From NCBI GenBank assembly GCA_965222605.1, contig OZ244960.1:6112001-6176000 (forward strand): a stretch of 64,000 bases of DNA, written 5' to 3'. How positions within the stretch are numbered: position 1 is the first letter of the stretch; each line of letters begins with the position of its first letter. Position numbers and translations under genes: made by a program. The DNA is from Candidatus Latescibacterota bacterium (GTDB lineage: Bacteria; Latescibacterota; UBA2968). Of this stretch, positions 36,892 through 46,673 are shown in pieces. The notes beneath the pieces were generated by a model. The model saw only the letters and a program-made list of their open reading frames with translations. It did not search any database and was not told the DNA's origin.

Positions 36892-37941
36892 ATGAAAATT
36901 CTCGTGACGGGATCACACGGTAGGGTAGGAGGCAATCTGGTCAAACGCTTGCTCTACAAAGGCCACGACATACGCGGCTTTGTCTATCCCGGCGATGCCA
37001 GCCGGGCGAGCAAATGGGAAGGCATCGATGCCGTCGAGGTCGTAGAAGGCGACTTGCGCGATTACGAGGCCGTGTCTCGCGCGGTTGAGGGTGTGGATGC
37101 TATATATCACCTGGCTGCGGCTTTTGCAAGCCCGCATAGCCATATCGAATATTTGCAGATCAATGGGCTGGGCACGCTTCATTTACTCGAAGCAGTGCGC
37201 GAGAAAGTCCCCAATTTGCAGCGTTTTGTCTATGCGTGTACCGAAGCAATATACTGGAAGGTTGAGGAAGCTGGGCGTCTGTTCGAGAAGCCAATTTCCG
37301 AAGATATGGTCAGTGCGACCCATGCGATGCCATATTTTTTGACCAAGTGGATCGGCGAAGAACTGGTGATGAATTATCACGTTCAATACGAAATTCCGAG
37401 CGTTGTGTGTCGGTTTGCAACCATTTTTGAACCGAGTGAATTTTTGACCGAAGATGGCGTTCCCAGGTTTTGTACCCTCAGACCTGTGGTCGAACGACTT
37501 CGACACATGAAAAATCCCATAGATGAACAGAGGGCACAACTCGCATCTCTGGAAAAAGCGTGGGAAGATGGCGCGCGGGTTTTGATTAGCAGGTGTCCCG
37601 ATGGCAGGAGTTTTAAGCAGGAGTGGGCAGATGTGCGGGATATCGCCCTCGGTCTTTCTCTGAGTTTGGAGCGCGATGAAGCCGTGGGCGAGGCATTTAC
37701 TCTGGGTGGAATGCTCATAGTGTGGGAAGACGATGTTCCAAGAGTTGCCGACTATCTCGGCGTAGGCTATACAGAAACGACCATGCCTGCGCCGAATTTT
37801 TTTGAATTTGATCGAACAAAAACCCAAAACTTGCTCGGGTACCACGCCGAACACGACCTGTGGAGTACGCTGAATACGGCTCTGGCAATGCGAGAGGGTA
37901 AAGATACAGATGTTGTTCCCACAGGTGTGCGATACGGATGA
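36892..37941 (+). CDS. NAD-dependent epimerase/dehydratase family protein
   Basis: ILVTGSHGRVG, IYHLAA and YFLTK (YxxxK). Confidence 0.85.
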   Translation: MKILVTGSHGRVGGNLVKRLLYKGHDIRGFVYPGDASRASKWEGIDAVEVVEGDLRDYEAVSRAVEGVDAIYHLAAAFASPHSHIEYLQINGLGTLHLLEAVREKVPNLQRFVYACTEAIYWKVEEAGRLFEKPISEDMVSATHAMPYFLTKWIGEELVMNYHVQYEIPSVVCRFATIFEPSEFLTEDGVPRFCTLRPVVERLRHMKNPIDEQRAQLASLEKAWEDGARVLISRCPDGRSFKQEWADVRDIALGLSLSLERDEAVGEAFTLGGMLIVWEDDVPRVADYLGVGYTETTMPAPNFFEFDRTKTQNLLGYHAEHDLWSTLNTALAMREGKDTDVVPTGVRYG

Positions 37942-37971
37942 AATCCCACATAATGTTGACGGAAGGAAACA

Positions 37972-39522
37972 ATGGAAACGCGTGTAGAAGGACCACCTGA
38001 TCGGGAGTATCGCAGGCTATTCGGTTTAGATATCTACCTGACGCCAGTATTTGTGATCTCCAGTATTACCATTGTCGCATTTGTCACTGGCGCGCTTGTC
38101 TTCCAGGAAGCCACGACAGTAGGGTTCAAAAATATCCGCGAGTGGCTCACTGCGAACCTCGATTGGTTTTTTATAATTTCGGCCAATCTCGTCGTGCTTT
38201 TTTGTGTGTATGTGGCGCTATCGCCCCTTGGAAAGGTGCGTCTGGGTGGTGCGGATGCAAAACCCGAATACACCAATTTAACCTGGCTTGCCATGCTCTT
38301 TGCGGCTGGCGTGGGCATAGGTCTGCTATTTTTTGGGGTGGCGGAGCCGGTGTACTACTTTCATAAGCCACCGCTCGGCATTACTCCAAGAACAGAGGAG
38401 GCCATTGCTGTCGGCATAGCGGCGACGGTTTTCCACTGGGGGCTGCACGGTTGGGCAATCTATGGTGTCGTTGGACTCGCTCTGGGGTACTTCGCGTACA
38501 ATCGGGGATTGCCTCTCACCATTCGCTCGGCATTCTATCCCTTGTTTGGCGACCGCATCTGGGGCTGGCCCGGACACATTATTGATACGTTCGCCATATT
38601 CGCGGGATTGTTTGGGCTTGCGACCTCCCTCGGTCTGGGGGTTCAACAGGTGACATCCGGGTTAAACTATCTGTTTGATATTCCCGCGAATAACACTACT
38701 ATGGTGGTGCTGATTGTGGTGATTACGTCCATTGCGCTGACATCGGTGCTGACGGGTATTAACGTCGGTATCAAGCGTCTTAGCCAGTTCAACATCATTC
38801 TCGCGCTTTTGCTGCTGTTGGCTGTTATATCGCTCGGCCCAACGCTCTACATTTTTCGCAGTATCTTCGCTGGATTCGGCAGTTATCTCGCGCATATTGT
38901 CCCTCTCAGCAACTGGATAGGGCGCGAGGATGTCGCCTTTGTGCGGGACTGGACGACTTTCTATTGGGCGTGGTGGTTTGCCTGGGCACCGTTTGTCGGC
39001 ACATTTATCGCCCGCATTTCAAAGGGGCGCACAGTGCGCGAATTTGTCTTCTTTGTGCTCTTGCTGCCAACGTTTTTATGCCTGTTGTGGTTTGGCACCT
39101 TTAGCGGCACGGCGTTCTACCAGCATATCGTTGAGGGCTATACCGGTGTAACCGAGAATGTCGAGGCGTGGAAGCTCGAGATAGCATTGTTCAAAATGTT
39201 TGACAAGTTGCCGATGGCGACGTTGCTTTCATCTGTGGCGATACTGCTGACTGTTGTGTTTTTTGTTACTTCGTCGGACTCCGGATCGTTGATTATTGAC
39301 ACCATAGCAGCCGGCGGCAAGGTTGACGCGCCAGTCGCACAACGCATTTTCTGGTGTACTATTGAGGGGTTAGTCGCCATAGCACTTCTGCTCGGCGGAG
39401 GCCTAAATGCGTTGCAAGCTGCCTCGCTCGCAACCGGCTTGCCGTTCGCTATTGTGCTATTGGGAATGGCTGTCTGCGTGTGGATGGGGCTTCGCAGTGA
39501 AGTGCGCGAATCGCGCGGATAA
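37972..39522 (+). CDS. BCCT-family (betaine/carnitine/choline) transporter
   Basis: WLAMLFAAGVGIGL, FHWGLHGWAIY, WTTFYWAWW and FFVTSSDSGS. Confidence 0.95.
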   Translation: METRVEGPPDREYRRLFGLDIYLTPVFVISSITIVAFVTGALVFQEATTVGFKNIREWLTANLDWFFIISANLVVLFCVYVALSPLGKVRLGGADAKPEYTNLTWLAMLFAAGVGIGLLFFGVAEPVYYFHKPPLGITPRTEEAIAVGIAATVFHWGLHGWAIYGVVGLALGYFAYNRGLPLTIRSAFYPLFGDRIWGWPGHIIDTFAIFAGLFGLATSLGLGVQQVTSGLNYLFDIPANNTTMVVLIVVITSIALTSVLTGINVGIKRLSQFNIILALLLLLAVISLGPTLYIFRSIFAGFGSYLAHIVPLSNWIGREDVAFVRDWTTFYWAWWFAWAPFVGTFIARISKGRTVREFVFFVLLLPTFLCLLWFGTFSGTAFYQHIVEGYTGVTENVEAWKLEIALFKMFDKLPMATLLSSVAILLTVVFFVTSSDSGSLIIDTIAAGGKVDAPVAQRIFWCTIEGLVAIALLLGGGLNALQAASLATGLPFAIVLLGMAVCVWMGLRSEVRESRG

Positions 39523-39703
39523 GAGTATCAATTCTCTCAACATTTTCAAGCAAGAATTTGACATTGAGAGAATTCCAACATATTTTTTTGTGAATGTGAA
39601 CGTTATATATCAGCATCTAACCTGGTAATTTCAAAGAGTCTCTAATCAAAAAAACAGTCCCGAATTGTTGTGAAACGGATGAAATAACAAAGGGGGAAGT
39701 CCT

Positions 39704-42700
39704 ATGGTGCTCTTGAGCAGGTTTATTCCGATTCTGGTATGCGCGGCATTGTTTTCTAACGTGGTCCAGGCGCAATCTGTTGGAACTGTAACGGGCACTG
39801 TGGCTGATGCTGCAAGCGGTGAGAAATTAGAAGTGGTGCAGGTCCATATTCCGACTCTGAAACTGGGTGTAGTGTCGGACGCGCAAGGCCGCTTTACCAT
39901 CCCAAATGTGCCAGTTGGCGTACACGAACTGAGGGCTGATTTGATCGGTTATGCGAGCGCGACAGTAGCGATTACTGTGACGGCAGGAGAGACAGTGACG
40001 GTTGCGTTGCAGATGAATCACTCTGCGCTTTATCTCGATGAAGTGGTAGTGACAGGTACGGCGTTTAAGGAATCGCCGATCAGTTTGACTTATGCGGTTG
40101 CGGTGGTTGGGCGAGAGAAGATGGCGGAGCAGGGTTCTCCTCAGGCGGTTGATTTCTTCAAGAATCTGGGTGCGAGCCACGGCGTGATCGGAGAGCGCAG
40201 CAGTTGGTACAATGCGAGCCAGGCTGGTACTCTTACGGAGAGTATTGCCAATGTGAACCTGCGCGGGCTTGGTGCATCGCGGACGCTGGTTTTGATCAAT
40301 AGCCGCCGACAGACTTATGTACCGGCGCGCTTGATCGGTGGACGCTTTGTCGATGTAAATGTTATTCCCTCTATCGCCATTGACCGGATCGAGGTACTCA
40401 AGGAGGGAGCCTCGGCCATCTATGGATCGGATGCAGTAGCCGGCGTCGCCAACTTTTTGACCCGATCCGATTTTGAGGGTTTTGAAGTCTCAGGCGCTCA
40501 CGAGTATTTCGCCGGTGCAGGCGATACGAATATAGGCGCGATATGGGGTGGAAAACTCGGCGATGCCCATGCGGTTATTTCTGCGGAATGGATGGGGCGC
40601 CAGGAGCTACCGTCCACAGAGAGAGATTACCTGTTGCAGCCGTGGCACGGTGGCGGGCAGCGTTTGGGATGGTCGAGTTTGGGGAACCCCGGCACCTTTG
40701 CCATTGGTGCGCCAGCGCCATGGACAGCTGCTATCCACGCCCCCCGTTGTGAAGAATTTGGCGGGTACCGGGAATCCTGGACATGCCGCTTCCGCTATCA
40801 GCAGTATGAGAATCTGGTCGAGAAAATGAGTCATATCCGTGCTTTTGCTGAGATCAATGGTTCTCTGGACAATGGTACAGATTATCACGTCGAGGGCCTG
40901 TGGGCAGAGGCCGAGATTCCCAATTGGTACACGACACCTTCGTATCCTCCGTTCCCACTGACAGACACCAGTATTATGGAGGTCGCGTCCGACCACCCGG
41001 GGCGGCAGGCATTTTGCGAGGATTACGGTGCAAATCCCGGCGATCTGTATTACGACGCATGTCAGGGCGGTGAGAACTGGTATTTCAATGGGCGGCCATT
41101 TGGGAACTCGGGACCAGGGCGCAGGCTGGGCCGCCAATCCAGCACTTTGCGCCTGGCGGCTTCGGCAAATGGCGATTTTAAGGCGTTCGGCGGGCGAGAT
41201 GCCCATTTTGACATGGGTCTCACTTATTCGCGTACGTCGGGCAATTACAATTTGCCGGGGGTGTACATTGAGCGGTTGTTCCTCGGTTTTCGCGGTTTTG
41301 GGGGACCAGATTGCGGTGTTGGCGTGGAGGCAGACCCAACGTCTCTGGCAGGAATGCGGCTCGGCCCGCTCAATGGCAAGGTGGCCGGTCAGGGCAACTG
41401 CGAGTACTACAACCCCTTCGGCAATGCCATCGAATTCACGGATCAACATGGCTCGTCTTTTGCGAACTCGCCGAATCCCGGTTACCGCTCCAATCTTGCG
41501 AATAGTCCCGAACTGAGGGAATGGCTCGCCAATCAAGAAGTCGATCTACAAAGTACCGCGGATATACTGGTTGCCGAGGCGACGTTGACGGGAACATGGA
41601 CGGAGAACGTCTGGCTCAATGCGAGTTATGCCGCCGGGTATCAGTTCCGCAAGCTCAGTGCTACTGGCGATCCGAACGACCCGGGCGATGTGACCATCAA
41701 CCCATGCCCGGTTCCGGGAGATAAGGGTTGTTCAGAGGAAGATAAGTTCGGTCCCTATGCGTTCACGAATGTGAATCGACCATACTCCGAAGACCAGACG
41801 GTACACCGCTTTTTTGGCGAAATCCCTCTGAGCCTGGGAGAGCGCGTTGATGTGCAACTCGCCGCGAATTACGAGTTCCACGATGTGGCGAGCAGTTTCG
41901 ATCCCAAGGTCGGCTGGCGCGTGCAGCTTGCGGAATCCCCGACCCATTCCCTGTTTATGCGAGGCTCGGTGCAGACGACATTTCGCACGCCATCGCTGGA
42001 CGATGTAAATGAAAGCCCGTTATCGACGCTCGAGTGGATCAATCAGACGGGTGCGTACCAGACGGTCGATAGAATCGGGAGCAAGGACCTCAAACCCGAA
42101 CAGGCTTTTACCTATAATGCTGGTCTCGCGCTGGTCACAGAGGCAGGCTTTGAAGCGACTTTTGACTATTGGAGCTACGATTTCAGCGATGTCATCGGCG
42201 CTATGCCCCACGGGAGAATTACCGACTTATATGACGCCAATAAGAATGCTCTGAGGCCATTCATTGTCTGCCCGGATGGGGTAGGCACTGGCACATGCGC
42301 GGCCTCAGAACTTGAGCGGGTGCGAGTTGATATCGTCAACTGGCCGGGAGTCAAGACTTCGGGAGTCGATGTGCATCTGGGCACGCGGATGCCGGCGGGT
42401 ACAGGGCAATTCGCGGCCAGTCTGGATGGTACTTATACGCTGTCGTATGAGACAAAGGCTCTGATGCTGGGCAATTTGGTGCTTCAAGATGCGGCAGACG
42501 CTGCTGGCTACCTGAATTTTGGCAATCCCATTGCGACTTCGCTTCCCAAGTTGAAGGGGCGAGTATCGGCGGGCTATCACTGGAAAACCTACAGTCTGGT
42601 GAGCTATCTGAACTATATTTCGTCTTATGAGGACCGGGGATCAATGGGTTCCGATAACACGACTATTAAAAATTTATTCGGTACTATTGACTCGTTTGTC

Positions 42701-42883
42701 ACATGGGATGTGAGTTTTCTGTGGAACGTGTCCAGAGGGGTGAACATCGCGTTCTCCGGGATGAATCTGCTCGGCACCAGGCCACCTCTGGTGAATATCG
42801 AGCAAGCCTACGATGGCTTTACGCACGATCCCAAAGAGCGAAGGGTGAAACTGGGCCTTACATATCAATTCGAGGGTTTCTAA
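39704..42883 (+). CDS. TonB-dependent receptor with N-terminal carboxypeptidase-regulatory-like domain
   Basis: DEVVVTG, NLRGLGASRTLVLIN and RIEVLKEGASAIYGSDAVAGVAN; aromatic C-terminus. Confidence 0.92.
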   Translation: MVLLSRFIPILVCAALFSNVVQAQSVGTVTGTVADAASGEKLEVVQVHIPTLKLGVVSDAQGRFTIPNVPVGVHELRADLIGYASATVAITVTAGETVTVALQMNHSALYLDEVVVTGTAFKESPISLTYAVAVVGREKMAEQGSPQAVDFFKNLGASHGVIGERSSWYNASQAGTLTESIANVNLRGLGASRTLVLINSRRQTYVPARLIGGRFVDVNVIPSIAIDRIEVLKEGASAIYGSDAVAGVANFLTRSDFEGFEVSGAHEYFAGAGDTNIGAIWGGKLGDAHAVISAEWMGRQELPSTERDYLLQPWHGGGQRLGWSSLGNPGTFAIGAPAPWTAAIHAPRCEEFGGYRESWTCRFRYQQYENLVEKMSHIRAFAEINGSLDNGTDYHVEGLWAEAEIPNWYTTPSYPPFPLTDTSIMEVASDHPGRQAFCEDYGANPGDLYYDACQGGENWYFNGRPFGNSGPGRRLGRQSSTLRLAASANGDFKAFGGRDAHFDMGLTYSRTSGNYNLPGVYIERLFLGFRGFGGPDCGVGVEADPTSLAGMRLGPLNGKVAGQGNCEYYNPFGNAIEFTDQHGSSFANSPNPGYRSNLANSPELREWLANQEVDLQSTADILVAEATLTGTWTENVWLNASYAAGYQFRKLSATGDPNDPGDVTINPCPVPGDKGCSEEDKFGPYAFTNVNRPYSEDQTVHRFFGEIPLSLGERVDVQLAANYEFHDVASSFDPKVGWRVQLAESPTHSLFMRGSVQTTFRTPSLDDVNESPLSTLEWINQTGAYQTVDRIGSKDLKPEQAFTYNAGLALVTEAGFEATFDYWSYDFSDVIGAMPHGRITDLYDANKNALRPFIVCPDGVGTGTCAASELERVRVDIVNWPGVKTSGVDVHLGTRMPAGTGQFAASLDGTYTLSYETKALMLGNLVLQDAADAAGYLNFGNPIATSLPKLKGRVSAGYHWKTYSLVSYLNYISSYEDRGSMGSDNTTIKNLFGTIDSFVTWDVSFLWNVSRGVNIAFSGMNLLGTRPPLVNIEQAYDGFTHDPKERRVKLGLTYQFEGF

Positions 42884-42894
42884 TACAGAAAAAA

Positions 42895-43635
42895 ATGTCT
42901 GAGCACGATCCTTTTGAGCTGAGAAAATACTACCGTTATTTGCGGGTTGTCGATGTGGTAGATGCCATGGATGGGATTGGGTATTTCAATACGGGACTGA
43001 TAGATCCCGCTATTCGCCCCTTATGGCAGGGAATGAAGTTCTGGGGCGTGGCATTTACCGTGCGTTGCGTGCCTGCTAATCACCCGATGTGGAAACTGGA
43101 GACAACCGAAGAGATTGTGAAGGCTCATGGCGCGTGGTTTAGCGAGGTGGGCAATCTGAGTTATCGCGATGAGATTCGAGTAGGACACGTCGTGGTTACA
43201 GATACGGGTGGAAGCGGTGAGGTTGGCATGTGGGGATCTGCAAATAGTCTTGGCCTGATAGCCAAAGGCGCTGTTGGGATTGTGACGGATGGCTATTGCC
43301 GGGATACTGGTGAGTTGATTTTGCAGAAAACACCAATTTGTTCGCGAGCGAGAGGTCGAACAATTATTCCAGGGCGGATTATGGCGGTTGAAGCGCAGGT
43401 TCCAGTGGGGTGCGGCGGTGTGCAGGTGCGGCCCGGCGATATGGTGGGGTGCGATGACGACGGCGTTGTTGTGGTGCCTTGTGAAATTGCACATGAAGTC
43501 GCTATTCACGCCCGCGCGATTTTGATTGCCGATATGAAATCGCGCAAAAGGCATTATGAAACTCTGGGCATGCCTATGGATGAGACGGTCGATTGGGAAT
43601 CTGTGGAAGCGTATTACGAGCGTCTCGATGTCTGA
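42895..43635 (+). CDS. RraA/HMG-aldolase family protein
   Basis: DVVDAMD, WGSAN, VTDGYCRD and VRPGDMVGCDDDGVVVVP. Confidence 0.85.
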   Translation: MSEHDPFELRKYYRYLRVVDVVDAMDGIGYFNTGLIDPAIRPLWQGMKFWGVAFTVRCVPANHPMWKLETTEEIVKAHGAWFSEVGNLSYRDEIRVGHVVVTDTGGSGEVGMWGSANSLGLIAKGAVGIVTDGYCRDTGELILQKTPICSRARGRTIIPGRIMAVEAQVPVGCGGVQVRPGDMVGCDDDGVVVVPCEIAHEVAIHARAILIADMKSRKRHYETLGMPMDETVDWESVEAYYERLDV

Positions 43636-43686
43636 AGATTTGGAGGCTACTCGATTTTAAGTCAGGCTCAGATCGCGTATTTTCAA

Positions 43687-43768
43687 CACGTGAGGTGGTT
43701 TATTACACCTCACGTGTTTTTTTTCGCACGTGAGGTGGTTTATTACACCTCACGTGTTTTTTTTCGCA
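43687..43768. repeat. Exact 40-bp tandem duplication containing a terminator hairpin
   Basis: CACGTGAGGTGGTTTATTACACCTCACGTGTTTTTTTTCG occurs twice (43687 and 43727); each copy has a CACGTGAGGTG/CACCTCACGTG stem plus T8. Confidence 0.9.
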
Positions 43769-44997
43769 TGCTTTTGCGATTCGCTGTACAATTTATCAAA
43801 TGCTTCAGTTTCAATGTCGTCTTCAATGACGTCGAGTGATGAGCCGGGTTCTGATATGGGCTGGACATCGCTGGGATAGACGTGGTGCATGTCCTGTTTT
43901 GTGCAGGCATAATAGGTGACTTCACCGCTTTTGCGGCGGTACGCATACAGGTGGCGAGGGGGATCAACCCAGGTATAGTCTGCGGCGTATTGTTCTATCG
44001 CGGCGGGATCAATTTCTACGCCGAGGCCTGGAGTTTCTGGGACGCGGTAAAAGCCACCCCGCACTTCAATTGCGGGTTTTACAAGCTGGTGTTCCCAGAT
44101 GTTCATGCACGTAATGGCCGGCCATTTGGCTTGCGGAAGGACCGCGCCCAAATGCGCTGCCCAGGTCGTTGTTATGCCAGAGCCGACGAGTTGCAGCCAG
44201 AAGGGCTTGTTCCATTGCTCGCATACGGATGCTTGTTTGAGGAGGCGTGAGGCACCTGCACAGATGACAAATCCATCGGTGACATCTTCTTTCATGGTCG
44301 TTTCAATGGGGGGGTTGTTGTAGTGCATGGCAATGGGCCGCGCGATCAGATTTCTGATTTGCTTGTTGCCCGCCACGTCGTTTTGCGGAATCGGCGTTTC
44401 GATCATCGCTATTTCGGGATAGGCTTCCAATTCTCGGAGGTGCGGAATTGCATTGGCGGAATTGGCGAGGGTGCTATTGTAGTCGAGATCGAGGTGAAAG
44501 CCGGGTGGAACTACTTGTTGAACGGCCTGAATTGCCGCGTGCAGGTCAAACCAGGGGCGGGCTTTGAGTTTCGCGCTGGTATATCCCGCTTCAACAGCTT
44601 GCCGGCACTCTTCTGCCCATCCTTCGGGTGGCATATCCATATTCCACCACGATATGGGGCACCAGTCGCGCACTTTTGTGCCCAGCAGACGGTATATGGG
44701 AACGCCTTGCGCTTTTGCTATGGCATCAAATAGAGCCATTTGAACACCGGCTCCCAGACTGTCATCCCACATCAATTCAGCGGCGGGTCTGCCGACGACT
44801 CTGTCTTCGATATCGCCCGGTACTTTGGCCCAGGTGTAATTGGGTATGGTTTCGCCCCATCCCTCTATGCCATTTTCGAGCGTGATATGACAAATCTGGT
44901 GTATCCGCCAGTGGGGAAGCCAGTAGCCGAGGTGTTTCTGGCTGTGTGGCGTGAAGGGTACGTCGAGATTGATGAGTTCAATGGTTTTGATTTTCAT
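43750..44997 (-). CDS. Mandelate racemase/muconate lactonizing enzyme family protein
   Basis: ALFDAIAK...PIYRLLG, KLK, LDYN, ETP and PETPGLGVEID. Confidence 0.85.
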   Translation of the reverse strand: MKIKTIELINLDVPFTPHSQKHLGYWLPHWRIHQICHITLENGIEGWGETIPNYTWAKVPGDIEDRVVGRPAAELMWDDSLGAGVQMALFDAIAKAQGVPIYRLLGTKVRDWCPISWWNMDMPPEGWAEECRQAVEAGYTSAKLKARPWFDLHAAIQAVQQVVPPGFHLDLDYNSTLANSANAIPHLRELEAYPEIAMIETPIPQNDVAGNKQIRNLIARPIAMHYNNPPIETTMKEDVTDGFVICAGASRLLKQASVCEQWNKPFWLQLVGSGITTTWAAHLGAVLPQAKWPAITCMNIWEHQLVKPAIEVRGGFYRVPETPGLGVEIDPAAIEQYAADYTWVDPPRHLYAYRRKSGEVTYYACTKQDMHHVYPSDVQPISEPGSSLDVIEDDIETEAFDKLYSESQKHAKKNT

Positions 44998-45208
44998 GGC
45001 TTACCTCCGGGAAAAATTGATGTGCATATCGCACGATATGACACAGGGTTCCCGATGTCAAGCACAACGGCGAGAAAGAAAACGTGCATGGGCAAAAATT
45101 TGGTTTATATTGGGTGCAATATTATCAAACATTGCTGCAAATAAAGAGTTGGCACCATCACGAATAGAGGGCAAAGAGCAGCGCGCGTTAGCCCCTCGGG
45201 TGCAGGGG

Positions 45209-45263
45209 GCGTAGCAGTTCATTGGGGTGATTCACATTTTTAATTCTTAATGAACTGCTACGC
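45209..45263. repeat. REP/MITE-like inverted repeat
   Basis: GCGTAGCAGTTCATT...AATGAACTGCTACGC (15 bp, perfect); ATTTTTAATTCTTAA repeated at 45236 and 45283. Confidence 0.7.
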
Positions 45264-45310
45264 AGTTGTACACCGTTCCACAATTTTTAATTCTTAAAAG
45301 GAGGCGATAT

Positions 45311-46300
45311 ATGGCAGTGCAGTGCATTCACCTGGGTGTTGGCGGCAGAGGAAAGTGGCCGGTTGCTATGTTTAGTGAGCGGGATGATGTGGAGAGTGTG
45401 GCATTTGTCGATGTTCACGAAGGCAATATGAATGCCGCTATGGAAGTGTCGGGATTGCCCGAGTCGCGGTGTTTTAGAACGCTTGAGCAAGCCCTGAATA
45501 ATGTGGAATCGGATTGTGTGATCGTTATCACTCCTCCAGATGCTCACGTGGAGATGATTCTGGAAGCGGTGAGAGCGGGGAAGCACGTTCTGGTTGAAAA
45601 GCCATTTACGAAAACTCTGGCGTCGGCAAAGTATGTTGTAGAGGAAGCAGATCGCATGGGGGTCAAAGTGGGGGTGAGCCAAAATGCCAAATACAATGCG
45701 GCGACGATGACACTATCGCGCCACCTGCGTGAAGAGACGTATGGCAAGGCGAGTTTCGGGCTTTTCACCAAGATCGGCTGGCGCAGCAAGGGGGTACACC
45801 ATTCGGGTCACGACGACCATTCTTATTTGTGGGAGCGCGGGATTCACGATCTGGATACCATGCGATATATTTTTGGCGAGTTGCCCGTGCGGATGTGGGC
45901 GCACAGCTTTAATCCGCCATGGAGTCCGTATAAGGGCGGGGCGGGTGTTTCGGGATGGGTGGAATTTGACGGGGGGGCGACTGCGACCTATTTTGCGACT
46001 TTTGAGCCGCATAAATCGGGTGGCGAAACCCGGGTGGATGTGGATGAGGGCACGCTTTCTCTTGAGGGTGGGAAGCTCGTTTTGACGCGCCGCAATGCCG
46101 ATCCCGAAATATTGCCTCTGGACGGGGGACCTGCTTCGACAGAATTGATTGTCAATCAATTTGTCGCGTGGATAAATGGTGGCGAAGAACCCGAGTTTTC
46201 AGGGCGCAATAATCTGGTGACTATGGCGATGATAGAAGGGATGGGCATTTCATCGGAGTCCGGGCGGATTGTGTCGCTCAAGGAGTTTGTAAATGTTTGA
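45311..46300 (+). CDS. Gfo/Idh/MocA oxidoreductase
   Basis: LGVGGRG, ITPPDAH, GKHVLVEKP and IHDLD. Confidence 0.88.
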   Translation: MAVQCIHLGVGGRGKWPVAMFSERDDVESVAFVDVHEGNMNAAMEVSGLPESRCFRTLEQALNNVESDCVIVITPPDAHVEMILEAVRAGKHVLVEKPFTKTLASAKYVVEEADRMGVKVGVSQNAKYNAATMTLSRHLREETYGKASFGLFTKIGWRSKGVHHSGHDDHSYLWERGIHDLDTMRYIFGELPVRMWAHSFNPPWSPYKGGAGVSGWVEFDGGATATYFATFEPHKSGGETRVDVDEGTLSLEGGKLVLTRRNADPEILPLDGGPASTELIVNQFVAWINGGEEPEFSGRNNLVTMAMIEGMGISSESGRIVSLKEFVNV

Positions 46301-46328
46301 GTGGGTTGTTGCCGTACAGCGCGAAGGG

Positions 46329-46376
46329 CAGCGGCAAGACATAAAACGCGCTCAACAGATGGCGAGCAAGATCTAA
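46329..46376 (+). pseudogene. 3' remnant of an addiction-module toxin (HI1419/RelE-like)
   Basis: QRQDIKRAQQMASKI* resembles the QxxDIxxA C-terminus of these toxins and ends at the antidote RBS; no upstream body or start codon. Confidence 0.6.
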
Positions 46377-46385
46377 GGAGGTATC

Positions 46386-46661
46386 ATGAAGCTCAAAAAA
46401 TTCGACGTAATTGATTTTCTCGACAGCGATGAGGTTTTGATTGAATACCTCAACGTAGCACTAGAAGAAAACGATCCGAAGTACTTCGCCAAGGCTCTCG
46501 GCAACGTCGTACGGGCCAAGAAAGTATCCTCCATCGCTGAAGCCAGCGGTCCGAGGCGGCAGGTACTATACCGCGTGCTGTCCAGTGAGGACAACCCGCG
46601 GATCGACACGCTCTTTAGAGTGCTAGATACACTGAACCTTCGCCTTGCTATTACCCGATAG
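46386..46661 (+). CDS. Putative addiction-module antidote (HI1420-like HTH)
   Basis: FDVIDFLDSDE...YLNVALEE.DP...ALGNVVRAK...LYRVLS...NPRIDTL. Confidence 0.88.
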   Translation: MKLKKFDVIDFLDSDEVLIEYLNVALEENDPKYFAKALGNVVRAKKVSSIAEASGPRRQVLYRVLSSEDNPRIDTLFRVLDTLNLRLAITR

Positions 46662-46673
46662 ATAGCTACTTAC

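Noticed and set aside
40607-41536. 309-aa antisense ORF, and similar shadow ORFs at 2149-2907, 3400-4128, 25858-26637, 37183-37854 and 59886-60557
   Set aside because: They lie antisense to well-supported genes, with no motifs or RBS; expected by-products of codon bias.
43687-43768. Possible CRISPR array
   Set aside because: Only two abutting copies, no spacer and no cas genes; each unit is a terminator hairpin.
45149-45165. Sigma54 promoter at TTGGCAC
   Set aside because: No TTGC at the -12 position.
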